This document shows positions 25,310-38,191 of a stretch of DNA of 64,000 bases, in pieces. The stretch's first letter is position 1; every line of letters starts with the position of its first letter. The notes under the pieces were generated by a model. It was not told where the DNA came from and made no database searches. It saw nothing but the letters and a program-made list of their open reading frames with translations. This stretch comes from Balanoglossus misakiensis (taxonomy: Eukaryota > Animalia > Hemichordata). The translations under genes and the position numbers were made by a program. The stretch lies in NCBI GenBank assembly GCA_040954595.2, contig CM082591.2:1-64000 (forward strand), in the 5' to 3' direction.

Positions 25310-25622
25310 TGACGCTCGTCTAGTTACTCGCACAAAATGCACCAACACATCCACCAGTGAAGCGAGAGCTTCATCGGTTGCCGATCCACGCTAGGATTAA
25401 TTTCAAAATTCTTGTTTTTTTATATAAAATTTTCCTCCATAAAGCATATGCTTATCTTTCTGATCTAATCACAGTTCACGTTCAAAAACGGTTTACACGC
25501 TCAGTATTCACACCATTTTTTAAATGCCGCACACACTTTATGGAATGCCTTACCAAAAGAAATTAGATTGTCAGTATATGTTACATCTCTGAAAACATAT
25601 CGCTTTAGAAAGTATTATTATT
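25310..25622 (+). mobile_element. Degenerate 3' fragment of a CR1/L2-group non-LTR retrotransposon ORF2
   Basis: Translates with frameshifts to ARLVTRTK..RELHRLPIHARINFKILVFLYK..AAHTLWNALPKEIR..LKTYRF, resembling the L2/CR1 C-terminal pattern LHWLP..RI.FK..L.YK / AAP.LWN.LP..IR / LKT.LF. Confidence 0.75.
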
Positions 25623-25623
25623 A

Positions 25624-26405
25624 AATGAAGCCTGGCACAAAACTAGAAAACGACTGGCAATCGACAAGCGAACGCGAGACATCATAAAAACATTACGAAA
25701 ACGCGCAGAAACTGATGACGTATCGCTATACCTTCCGTTCACGTATGCAAACATAATCTCTCAGTTTGATCAACATATCATAGGTAGAATGTAATGACAA
25801 GAACAACTAAAATAAACGGACCATTTCACAACGATAATAAAACTCTCTGCGCCTTTTAATTACAATCGATAAACACATGACCGTCAATAATAAACGAAAG
25901 ATATACCAGCATTGAAAATGAAGCCTGACACAAAACTAGGCAAAATTAAAACTGCTCATGAAAACTAAAACGATTTCACGTTAAAAACGGCTGGCAAACG
26001 ACAGGCGAACGCGTGACACCATCAAAACATGACCCTCAAGACAGCACGCAGAAACTGATGACGTATCCCTATACTTTCCGTTCATGTATGCAATCTTTAT
26101 CCCCCAGTTTGATCAATATATCATAAGTAGAATGAAATGTCAATGACCAGAAGCGGACTATTTCACAACGATAACAGAGCTCTCTGTACCTGTTTTTACA
26201 CCTAAAATTTAGCAAAATCTGGTTGCAATCGATAATTACATGACCGCCAATAATAAATGAAAGAAATGCCAAAATTGAAAATGAGGCCGAAATAAAACTA
26301 GGCAAAAAAATGCTCGCGGAAACGCACACGTGGAAACCACCGATTTCATGTTGAAAACGACTGGCAAACGACAAGCGAACGCGTGACATCACGAAAACAT
26401 GAGAG
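25624..26405. repeat. Old tandem triplication, ~295-360 bp diverged units (third partial)
   Basis: AAATGAAGCC..AAAACTAG and AAAACG(A/G)CTGGCAA..GACA.GCGAACGCG recur near 25625, 25917 and 26279. GCAGAAACTGATGACGTATC occurs twice. Confidence 0.85.
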
Positions 26406-29400
26406 CCCCGGACTTCAATAAATATTGCACGTTTTACCACAACAACTGGAGATTCGCTCCTTATTTTCTCTCGACTACCACTCCCCAACTCCCACCAGAA
26501 ATCACTAATTAATAGACGATTTATTTGGTGCAAGCGTACTTTTGCGTCCGCGCTAGGTTCTAAGCGGAAAACCATATCAAAACTTGGAACAATAGCGAGT
26601 ACTCCGAAACGCGACAACTCTCACTTTCGAAAATTGGCTAAAATTACAAGCGGAGTTCTTCAACTTTTCCCCACTAAAGACAAGAAGTCGCAGCGCAAAT
26701 TTTAGTAAATACAGGCTACTTATCTGTTTATTATCTTGGGTTCCAGGCTGTAGAAATTCATTTAGCTTGTCAGATAAAATCACGTAGCTCTGCGGGCTGT
26801 TGCTCTTTTGATAGTCCGGGTCGTTCTGCGCTCGTTGCATTTGAAAACGTGGATGACCTCGTAGCACAGGTGCAGGGTATTCAGGTGACCCTCGCTAAGT
26901 CGCCGTTTAGCGGCACGCCGCCAACATGCATGAATAATAAATCAAATACACCTGGTCAAAAGTGATTACGGTTTGTATGTCTTTCTCTGGTGAGAAGGAG
27001 ATTTTTTACCGCCAAGATGTGCTGAGAGTTTAGAGGGCGTTCGGCTTCTGCCATCGAACGTATACAGTAGCGTCTCTGAGTAATTTGTTGGAGCATGCAT
27101 GTCTGTCGAAAATCACAGAAGCCTCTGAATATGGTATCCAAGGAATTTTTTTTGGGGGGGGGGGGTGAACACAATCAAAATCTTGTTGGCGTTTGTTGAC
27201 ATTGTGTCTATGTCCTTGAAAGTTCGCTGGGCTTTATCCTGAACAATCAGGGAGAATGTTTGACATTTAAAAAATCTTAGTTGTACCTGATAAGAACTGG
27301 CCTCTCACATTTAGCTGGGAAAGGGGTTGTATTTCCCTTACGTTGGATACGATTAGGTAAAAAAAAACATATATTTCAGCATACAAAAAGATCAAAAGTT
27401 ACTTTATCATGTAAAAACAACTTCACAACAAAAAAATCATGGGCTAGACTACCAGTAAACACGATATAAACGTATCATACAACTGGGAAATTATATTCCA
27501 CTTATGACTTCGGGAAAAATAACTTGAACTTCGGTTGGAAAAAATTACGTGTAATCAAAATAATCAATCAGGGAGAGGCAAATTACAGTGAATTCTAGAT
27601 TTGAATAAATGAATAATCATGCAAATAGCAAGTCCAGTCATTGCAGTATATTGTGAGATCATTAACTCGTGGAGATTCCATGACAGAGGTGGCGTACTGA
27701 GGGTTGCGTTGACGAAATGTTTTTAGATTAAAATTCACAGCGACATTCCATTAGGTTGACCAAACACTTTCGTTTTGCTGGTTTAAGAAGTAAACCCACA
27801 TACAGAATTACTTAATCCATTACTACATGTCCATTTTAATCAAAGGTGTCAGCTTCAGTGTCTTCGATTTCGTGATATTCAATGGATGGATCTGGTGTTA
27901 ACATGCCTGTGATTTCAAGTGTCATGTTGAACAAAGGAAATGCATGCACTAATAGATATTTGCTACATGCAAACTTGTCAATTCATGTCTGATGAAGGAG
28001 TCCGCTAATGCACATGGCAATGGGAACCGATCTTTTCAAATTACTTCAACTCATAACAGTGTGGGAATGGAAACACACTCCTTACCGTCATCATACAATG
28101 CCAAAGTGAATAAGGTCATGCATTAATAATGGAAGATTCATTCAGAGTGCACTATCTATATTTTCAATTCGATTAAGGTGAATGCCATCTGCAAGTCGCT
28201 CGTACTTGTTAAGAAATGTAATGGGATTGTTACACACAATTAAACATGACTAATCTTCGATTGTTTTATATAGAAGTTTGTAAATTTTCGAAAGTGTTCT
28301 TTTTGACCCTGTCACTGTTGCCTCTCTGTGCCACCGTGTAGTGGATCCAAGTGTAAGGATTATATCTCTCATTGCAGAGTAGTACTTAACTTATCAACGA
28401 AAAAACTCTGATTTAACTTGTCCGTAAAAATCGTTTTAAACGCATTTTAAGATTAAGAGATGTCCATGGTAGCTTGCATATCCTTTACCTGTGTAGAGAT
28501 TGATTGCTTGATTCATTCATTCATTCATCCATCATTGATTCATTTGTAATGTAATCATTCCAGCCCATGATGAAGTAAGCCCATGATATCACGAGACCTC
28601 GATGTTAAATTCGACATGTATTTTACAGGATTCGAACCCAGATCTACCACACCAACTCACGTAGCAAGCAAATCTGCTAGTAGGAACCATTAATTTCTAA
28701 ATACGCATCGTTTTATTACTATTTTCATTCTATAAGTTTCAGATACATGTACGAGAAGAATATTGAGCCCAAGGCAAACATCATGTGCAAGACTATGTTT
28801 ACAATATATTGACCAATTACCGTCTACGTGCACTGCAAATCACTAAATCATGACTGCATATCACTATTCCACCACCGAATATACTAGTATTTCATGTACT
28901 GATATGGTTTATACAGTGAATTTTTAAACATTCTGGGAAATACAGAAAAGCTACACGCCTGCAAGGACACCTTTGGATCTTACCAAATTAGAGTAGTTCC
29001 AGATCGTGTTATTTTGTTTATTATTTAATGTTACGTACAATACGTTAATAGAATCATGTTATTTTTTATTTTGTCATCAAGCCCGAGTATAGCGTTATTT
29101 CTTTCTGTCCGTTGAAAGTTTACTTCCTTGTGATAAAAAATATTGCAAGGAAGTTTGACAGCGTGCATGTAAGCAACATCAGAATAAATAGACAGTTAGA
29201 AGATGCCACCCATGACACATGTAGGAAAATAAAACCAGTTATCTATATTAGTATAAAGGGTGATTTTTAAGTATTAACAATAATACATACATAATCACTT
29301 CCTGTGATGGGAGAATCGAAATACAAATATAGTCACGTTCAAAATACACACGAACATTTACTGATTAATCAGGTTGCCTACTCCACTCTCTACTGCGCAT

Positions 29401-30204
29401 GATCATTGAGGACATGCGAACTAGAATATTTCCAATGAGTACTATATGGAGTTTTAACGCTGGGGGAGCGACATATTTCAATTCACATGCAACTTATCTT
29501 CTTAAAATGCCATCAAATGAACTGCGACACATCAACAGAAATACAAAAACGTTATTGAAAGTATGAATCAGTCTCATGATCAATGATACAAAAATCTTTC
29601 TAAAACTGCCTTTTGAAACACAAAGAAAGAAGTATTTGATGGTAAACAATCATGGCCTACGGTAAAATATGAAATCTACATTTCAAGTTTATAGATATTC
29701 AGACTATAATTTAAGACACGTATGTCATATGTTTATACATTGGGAAATATCAATGATAGTGTTACAGACACAAACTTTCACTGGTAAAGTCATCAGTTCA
29801 CAATTCAGCCATTGCCCTTGATATACGTAAAACAGTGTATGTTTTGATAAATGTTTTAAGAGAACTATAATTGTCCTGTTTGAGAGAAAGTCCCGGAATG
29901 AAAGCGTATTAGTAATAGCTACGCAACTTTTTCATACAAAAATAAGAGGGTCTAGCTAATGTTCAGGTTAACATATGGCAAAAACAAAAACATCGTAAAA
30001 CGGAACAAATTGGTCAATTTGGTTTCTTATAAAATAAAATTAAACCGCGCGCAGATATAAATTTGTTGAACTACTCGGATTATGCAGTCATCATTTTGTG
30101 ATGCGTTTATCTTTAACGAAAACTCAATAACTGTAAAAGCAATTGTCAAATATTTCAGTTCTGGTGTAGGTGCAAAGCTTTTGATTTTCTTTTGAAGTTC
30201 GATA

Positions 30205-31521
30205 TCACATAGTGGAAACGAGGTCATCGCCCTTTTTTACTGACTTCTCCCTGACTGATCCAGGTCTGACTTTGGCAGCGGGAGAATTTGATCCAACCAA
30301 CACGTAACCACTACCTCCAGTGTGTACCACGGCATGAGTGTGATTGATAGTGCTTCTAAAAGTTGACCGTCTTTGGTTGCTGTCTTCGGACATATACGAA
30401 TGTTCAGTCAGATCCCTGCATGTGCTCTTGTGCCTTATTCTGTCTGGGCAAAACACAGCCAATAGGTTTTGTTGAATCTTTAGATTGAAAAATCCGTAGA
30501 GAATAGGGTTGATTGCGCTGTTTGCCAGTGCCATTGTTTCGGCGATCACAAATGACACTTCCGGGATATCTTCTGCCTTTCCATAGATTTGTTGTAACGT
30601 GACTATAAAGTACGGACTCCAACATGTTACGAATGCGACGATAATACAAAGAGTCATCTTAATTGTCTTAATTTTGCTCCTTTCAATTTTCTTTAAATCC
30701 ATATGTCGAGATTTCCCAAGGCTTTGCGCGTCCTGACGAGATCTACCATGGCGAATTTGTGGTTCTCCAATTGACTCCTTCCCTTGCGAGCAAACGACAA
30801 ACACAATTCTGATATAGCAATATGAAACGATGGTCGCTGGGATGACTAATATGTATGCCGTCATAAAAGTAAAGTAAACCTTCCGTTGCCATTCGCTGGT
30901 GTATCCGTTGCTCTTGCAAAAATATTTGACCTCCCCATCATCGTCTGTCTTTTCAACAAGAACGAAGATAAAGAGCTGGGGGACGGCAAAAATAAATGCT
31001 AGCGTCCAAGCCCCCATAATCATTTTCTTTGCCCTGGATAACGAGCCACTGAAGCTGAGTGGCTTGCAGATGGCTTGGAAACGGTCAAAGCTCATGACCG
31101 TAAGGATGAATGTCGTACTTGCCAATGTGACAATCTGACCGTAAACTAGTAGCTTGCACATCACCTCCCCCATCACCCAATGTCCAAATGCAACGAAGAG
31201 TATCTCTGTTGCCATGGTAACAAAACAGACGAACAGATCTCCCACAGCAAGATTCAGAATGAATATATTGACCCGGCTACTGCGGCGTCTTGACTTCCCA
31301 CACATTATGACTGTGATAATGATGGAATTTCCAACTATTGTGAAAAGCATTATAACACATATCGTAGTCACCCTTTGGATTACAGTGGAAGTCCAAATTG
31401 ATATATTCTCTTCGTCAGATGTAACGTTGGTTTGATTGGCAAAGATGATTTGGTTTTGTTCCATAAATAGACCATTTCCAGCATCCTTCGTATAATTAAT
31501 TGTTGTGTCAAAACCTGCCAT
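30205..31521 (-). CDS. Rhodopsin-class (class A) neuropeptide GPCR, vasopressin/GnRH/CCAP-NPS receptor group, candidate achatin receptor; single coding exon, 438 aa
   Basis: Seven hydrophobic segments with TM1 GN, TM2 FILNLAVGDL, ECL1 W..G...CK, TM3 MSFDRFQAICKP, TM4 AW, TM6 FVTCWSPYF and TM7 NSAINPILY, plus N-terminal sequons (NYT, NQT, NVT, NIS). KIKTIKMT before TM6 is typical of this group. The first ATG is at 31521 (the track starts at GTG 31530). The achatin assignment is from recall only (about 0.5). Confidence 0.93.
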   Translation of the reverse strand: MAGFDTTINYTKDAGNGLFMEQNQIIFANQTNVTSDEENISIWTSTVIQRVTTICVIMLFTIVGNSIIITVIMCGKSRRRSSRVNIFILNLAVGDLFVCFVTMATEILFVAFGHWVMGEVMCKLLVYGQIVTLASTTFILTVMSFDRFQAICKPLSFSGSLSRAKKMIMGAWTLAFIFAVPQLFIFVLVEKTDDDGEVKYFCKSNGYTSEWQRKVYFTFMTAYILVIPATIVSYCYIRIVFVVCSQGKESIGEPQIRHGRSRQDAQSLGKSRHMDLKKIERSKIKTIKMTLCIIVAFVTCWSPYFIVTLQQIYGKAEDIPEVSFVIAETMALANSAINPILYGFFNLKIQQNLLAVFCPDRIRHKSTCRDLTEHSYMSEDSNQRRSTFRSTINHTHAVVHTGGSGYVLVGSNSPAAKVRPGSVREKSVKKGDDLVSTM

Positions 31522-32429
31522 TCTAATCACTAACAGATGTACAAGACGTTTAGCGTTGACACTCAGACAGCTTGGTAATTGCGAAGTTGATTTCGTCCAT
31601 CAAGCAAAAACATGTTGACGAATATTTCATGTTCATCGATATATGTCCACACACATTTCTGATTGCAGGATGATTACCTTTTGAGAGATTCGTGTCCAGG
31701 TGTTTTATGAGTTTTAAATTTGCGTGCAGATGCTAGCAAAGATAGCCAAGGCTTGTTAATATTGATGTCAATGTAAATTTACAGCTCCACATACCGTATA
31801 TCCAATTAAAACATAACGTTGCACACTCACTAATCCAAAGCCAGATAACTGGTTGTAAGATGACGACGGAAGCGCAATGGATGAATGAAGTCCTTCTGAA
31901 ATACAGAACACAGAATGACAGATATCATATAAGAGACCTGGGCGTAACACTGTTCAAAGAGAAAGACGTCCAGCTTGTCAAAGGGATTTATCAAGTTTTA
32001 ATGTCTGTCGAGACAAAATACCATTGGAATATTTGTAAACCCCAAAGGCAAGACAGCTTTAGCGGTTCAGGTGCGTATTATTGATTCCATAAGAGACTAA
32101 ATCCGTTCAAATTCATCTCTAGCAACAGAGGATAAAATTCACTCCCAAATAATTTAATCAAAGACAGATGCGATGGGCTGATTAAACCATGGATTGCGCA
32201 TATTCCAGCATCAATTCGTTTCGTCATGAAGGAAGCAGAGATTGTCGATCAATTAGATTTCTTACTGATTCTTGGAAACATCAGCGTAACCTTGCTGAAG
32301 ATGTCAACCAAACTCTACGTATCTGCAACAAAAAATAATTGATATCAGAGAAGTTTATGGCGAGGCCTTGTTTAAACCCAAGTATGAAATAAAGATCTCT
32401 CTCAAATCACCATACAACAAAGAATTCCA

Positions 32430-32547
32430 GTATGTATGTATGTATGTATGTATGTATGTATGTATGTATGTATGTATGTATGTATGTATGTATGTATGTA
32501 TGTATGTATGTATGTATGTATGTATGTATGTATGTATGTATGTATGT
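32430..32547. repeat. (TATG)n microsatellite
   Basis: About 29 perfect units. Confidence 0.97.
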
Positions 32548-34403
32548 ACATGTGTACGTACGTACGTATAAGTGTGGGATGTCAAAATAAATCTTGGTTA
32601 GATTACTTATAGGTGAAAGTGAGAACAGATTTTAAAGTATTGAGACTTTTAGTGATCTCAAACTAGGCAACGCAGCTGTGATGTTCTCTACTGTACACTT
32701 CAATGCTTGACATGGGTCACAAAGCAGCATGTGAAATATTCGAGTGGGATATAAGTGATCTTATTAACGAACCTATCCATGACGTCATATCCTGTATTCA
32801 ATATTGCGGACATCCTCGTAATAAATGTGTATAAGGTTATGTTGGGGTGCAGAAGAACACAATTTGACTGATCTAGTAGTAACATATCTGCATTATTCTT
32901 TTGGACAACTTAATACAATTAAGTATAATCACAATGGCCCTTTTTGCCTTTTTTTTTATTTTTCAGCATGAGCGAAAATTGGGATTAGAATTTCGGTAAA
33001 TGGTAGAGTAATGTGAGTCGGGGTTTCTACAAAAAAAGTAATGCCATTAAGGATATTAAGGTGTAGAAGGCATTGAACTAGATAAATTGAAGCAGAGTAC
33101 AGACATCTCAGAGAGTAGGGGTATGATTTTGTTGAATTATCTTGTAGGATATGATAGATTTGTAGGGTTTCAGGTAATCAAGGTTCTTTTATCCAAGGAT
33201 AATATTTACTCAAGCCATGATTATTTGGCGCCAAACTGGCGGAATGGGTAATGGCGACCGTCTTACATGTACCAGTCTGTATTAGTATTCACCACATAAG
33301 AGTTTCTTAGTGGCCATGCTGTCAAACCCAACTGAAAATGTGTAATAGGCCTGAATATAACATTTTATATTTTCATTCCAAGGGTCAGTCTATTTATGTT
33401 GGGTATACTATCCCTGACCTCTCTTTTCTTGACAGTAAACATCAAACATCAAAGGCAACAGATATGATAGTATTTGGTAGCATTAAGGCATACATCCATA
33501 TTTGGTACTATGTCATTGTATATAACTAACTGAAATATATATTTAACACCCGATACCTAGTAGTCACGCAATGGGACATAGATTTTAACCACTTAAAACT
33601 GTCCATGTTCCTACATGCTGCCGGTTGACAAAATACTCTCGACGCTTTGTAATTACAGTTAACAAATACTAAAAAAATTAACAAGTTAAAAAAAAACAGG
33701 AAAACATTTTTAAAATGCCAATAAAATTATGAAACTACAATGTACTAAACACATTGATACATACATACAATCTCTTGCATGTATAAATTGAATGCCTTCT
33801 TGCTGGCCAATAGCAAATATGTACAATAAAGCAGAGCGAGCCATGTACTTTGACCAATCAGATTAAACCAGAGTCCTTCTACATAGGTGGTATATGTTTC
33901 TGTTGCCCTTTTTCACATGCAGATTTGCATTAACCTGACCTCTTCGCCTACTTGTCTGCAAAAGGTCAATCTCCTAAACTTCTATACCAGGTGTATAAAT
34001 GACTGCTGCAAACTATGGGTCACCCCATTCCATTGTGAGTGTTCAAATCCAAGTCGGCACATTTATTGACAGTAATATTGGGATGTTTATCGTGGTATTG
34101 AGTCGTTAGCTGAGTGTTGTTTACAAGTTCCTGACCATACGGTGGTGTTTAGAACTGTAACACCCACGACTTGCAATTAACTATATACATATAAAGATGT
34201 TTGTGTATCGTGATTTCAAATACCGTGATTATCATGCTGTTAAAACCTTGAAGCCACTTATGTCAGTCACACCAATAAATTGTTATCGTAAAGACTGTAA
34301 GTCATACACGCAACATAGTGTAAAATGTATCATCTCCGAAAAAACAATCATGGGTACACAGCAATAGCCAATGTGTATGCCTGCCACTTTTCAAGGAACT
34401 TAA

Positions 34404-34843
34404 ACCCCGGTGCGGGGTATAAAAGACCCCCCAAATCAGTGGCGAATCTTAATGCCGTTTGACTGACAACAGACAACACCAACGATCTTGGCTCTATGAA
34501 AATCGGCCCAAACAGGTCCAAGCATAAAGAATTACACCACACAACGACAGTAGTTGGCATTATAAACACACACAACATAAAGTTATCGACGAAAAAGTAC
34601 ACGAGCTTTTGAAACAACGATGAGTTTGGCAGAAATCTGGTTTCAGTGCTTTTCAGAAGCGTCCCTGGGAAACAATAACCACACCATTAAAACAACTGTC
34701 AATTGTGTGGAAGTGTGAAGTGTTCAATTATTTTCTATGTACATGAGATCAATTACACAGTCATTATGCACGACGACCACTCCCAAATAAACAACTATAC
34801 AAACACATGTTAATCCGAACCCCAGGACTTTCCGCACCGGGGT
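34404..34843. mobile_element. 440-bp non-autonomous DNA transposon (MITE) with TTAA target duplication
   Basis: TTAA(34400-34403)-ACCCCGGTGCGG ... CCGCACCGGGGT-TTAA(34844-34847): a perfect 12-bp TIR flanked by TTAA on both sides. Confidence 0.7.
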
Positions 34844-37800
34844 TTAAACGCATGTTTTCACGCCGTGGGGCTTTCTTAAGGTGTCCAATTTCATCAGATT
34901 TCATTGAATCGTAACCTCGGGCGGTGAATAGATTACAACAAACCGTTGCTACCTGTCAGATGAATTTACAACATTAAATTCACCTTACTATTACTTTGTG
35001 ACAGCCGCACCTCTTATTCTCCAGGGTTAATAATTACATGTACGTGTCCACGCTTTCAGGGGGGACTGTTTTCAGTTGATGCATTCAATCCTTTCATGAA
35101 TAAATACAACTAAAATAGTAATGGTTTACCTTCTCAAATTAATGAAAATACTTCCCAGATCATGAGACTGATCATGGGTCATATTAAGCTAAAAGCCCTT
35201 CTTAGTCTAGCTACGTCTTCAGTAGATATTGGTGTTGTGGCCCCGGGTTCAGACAAAACTCAGGTTTCCAATATTGGTAGGCCACACAACAAAAGGGAGG
35301 TACATGCAGTATTCTAGCAAGGCAGTTTACCATTACGGACACCACTTAGTAGTTGCTCGATAGGCCCATATTCTACTTGTTTCGTGGATATGATAATTTG
35401 CTTACGTTAAATGCTAATGATTATTAGACCCGAAGTACATATTTTACTATTGTTTTATTGATGTGGGCCAAATATACGCTCTCCACTATTGTAGCAATTC
35501 TATTTCACGAGAAGACAAGTGACATAGTGTTTGGTGTATTGTGAACTTGATTTCGAGTAACCCATCTTGTTTTGACTACATTAAAATTGCTATTTCAATA
35601 AATAGACAGATACAGACGAACAAAACCCATTTCGTCTTCCATTCATAGAACGTAAACTTGTAGACTTTTCCTTCGTGATTTGAGATGACAATGCTACTTG
35701 ATGACATCTTGAACCCAATTACCTATGAAAAGCGTACGTATGGTGAGATACACATTCACAATCACGAAAAATATGTGGTTTAGGTCATCACTACTAATTA
35801 GAGCACATGCCCTATGCACCATTTACGTCTACAGATTCCAAATCTATACAATGCAAAATCACATTTTTCAGATTTTGATCTAAAGACGAATAAATCAATA
35901 ACGTTCTTATAACATCATCGATTTTCCCCTTTTGTCAATTACTGAGTTGGGGTTACATCTGAAAGCCCCATTTATATGCAACATTTCACCAGACAAATCA
36001 ATCACCAAATGGGACATTTTGCGGATATTGTTCTGTGTTACCTTAAACAGTCGAATTCAATCATGTTTTTGTAATTTTATTTTTATCCTATCACTTCATC
36101 TTTTCATAAACCATATTTATATATATCTGATCAAATTACTGGAGTGATTACTGTAAAAGCCATTATACCCCATTCTTTTGAAAGGTTCTCCCATATAGAT
36201 TTCATTACAATGACCCAAATGTGTTCTAAATATTTTGTAACAGCGTACGTTCATTCATTTCCCACTCCATTGTCTATGACTTGCTTGATTTAGATGTAGG
36301 CCCTACCCATGTCTAAATCCTTCATCAGATGTTTAATCTAGTCTTGCTATAAGCAGAGTGTGGGTTGAGTATGTATACAGTTGATAAGTATTTAATCATG
36401 TTTCTAGAAGGCAAACGTCAAAAGAGAGCGACTTTGTCCTGTTAACATACTATCTACACAGATTTCAAAGGTGACCCAGATACAACTTCCAAATTATATT
36501 CAATCAGTATTCGCCTGTATATTTTGTGAAAGGACGTAATAAGTGAGTTGAATTATGTCTTCATTTGGTGATGAACACAATATTTAGCCTAAAAAATCAG
36601 GTTCAAGTGGGTCTTTTATTCACATAAATTCTTTGAATTACATTCAAGTAAAAAGCGGATGTGGCTGGCATCCAACGCATGACGCATAGGTTTGTATTTA
36701 CACCAGAGATTTTATTCTGTGGTTGAAATTGATGAATGGCAGTGGTTACGTATAACGAAACAATTTCCTGTGGCAGCGAGATGAGACCTTTTGTTGCGTT
36801 CGGGTAATTTTACACGCTCATGGACAAATTGAAAGATGTTAACGTGCTACAACTATTAGAGCATTGCAAAGGTACTTGCTGATATACATAACACCCATCC
36901 CACTGGTCGAAATCGTTACTTACAACGATTGATTAGGAAAATGGGGGATAAATAAACTTTGAAACAAGCTGTGATTGCAAATGATTACAACTGAGGCTTA
37001 ATGCAGTGTACTAAAGGTTCAAAATATTACAGATAGACATATCAAAGATCATGATAATCAGTGTTATGTTTTCCTTGTGTAATATAACAAGCTTCAGCTT
37101 ATTCAATGTAAGCTTACTTTTTAAACTGACAGTCTAATGTATTTATTTACTTATTTATTTATCGATTGATTGATTGATTGATTGATTGATTAATTGATTA
37201 TTGATTCAGTAATTGAATGAGTTAGTGAGTGATTTTTACATTCCGATACAGAATAGTCATACACAATAGTCTATAGATACATACTCACGTGCACGCACGT
37301 ACTGATACACTCATGTTTTGTAAGTCATGTGATTAAAATTAGCCCAGCATGGCAGTCATACTTTTTCCTTTATAAAACTTGCATGGCGTTGTTTGCCGTT
37401 CTCAAAAACGTTTTGTGGAGACTACTCACAGCCCCGACTAAGGCTTAAACATAATCTACGAGAAAATTAGGGAAATCCTTTTGATCAGGGTATCGACATT
37501 TTCAAATACGTCATGCCAGTTGCAGTAATCATGTCACATCAAATCTGACAGGGGACGAAAGAAAAGCTAAATGCAGCGAAATGGACTAGATTATCGGCAA
37601 ACTTAATCGATGGTAAAAACGACCTTCGGTTCTCTTTAAGGCATTTTTTAATAATGTTCGGATATTGAAGATTGACAACAACATGGGCCAGTTGGCATTG
37701 CCGTGCAGATTATGCGACCCAACAAAGTCAATTCAGAGACCCTAAAGCACTTTCTTTACTAAAATGAAACTGCTGCAATCAGCATAGTCCCAGCTTTGGA

Positions 37801-38060
37801 GAAGTTTATTGTTGAGGGAAATATACGAGTCGCAAATTGACCGTATATCATCTCCTACTAGCGGGTAAATGTCAATTTCACATTATTGTCTGTTTACTTA
37901 ATTTTCATCACAATATGCTAAGAGATTAACAATGTGAACAATGGGCACCAATGTCTAACTTGGTGCACCAAATTATACCAAATAAAACGCCGACAATCAA
38001 ACCAACGTTTATCATTGAGCCTTGAGCTCAAGATTTACAATACCTTTTACCAAATCGTAA

Positions 38061-38191
38061 AATATAAATTTGTATTGACTTGTTGTTTTATTAAAACAAA
38101 ATACCTTAATTTACATATAACGATATTATCGTTATATGTAAATTAAGGTATTTTGTTTTAATAAAACAACAAGTCAATACAAATTTATATT
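38061..38191. repeat. Perfect AT-rich palindrome, 65-bp arms, 1-nt spacer
   Basis: AATATAAATTTGTATTGACTTG...ACATATAACGATA-T-TATCGTTATATGT...CAAGTCAATACAAATTTATATT; arms are exact reverse complements. Confidence 0.95.

Noticed and set aside
26069-26867. 182-aa and 96-aa minus-strand ORFs
   Set aside because: The longer one overlaps a decayed tandem repeat; neither shows a domain or splice pattern.
28600-28690. Pol III B-box (GGTTCGAATCC on the minus strand at 28628-28638)
   Set aside because: No cloverleaf or convincing A-box; at most a decayed SINE, not a tRNA gene.
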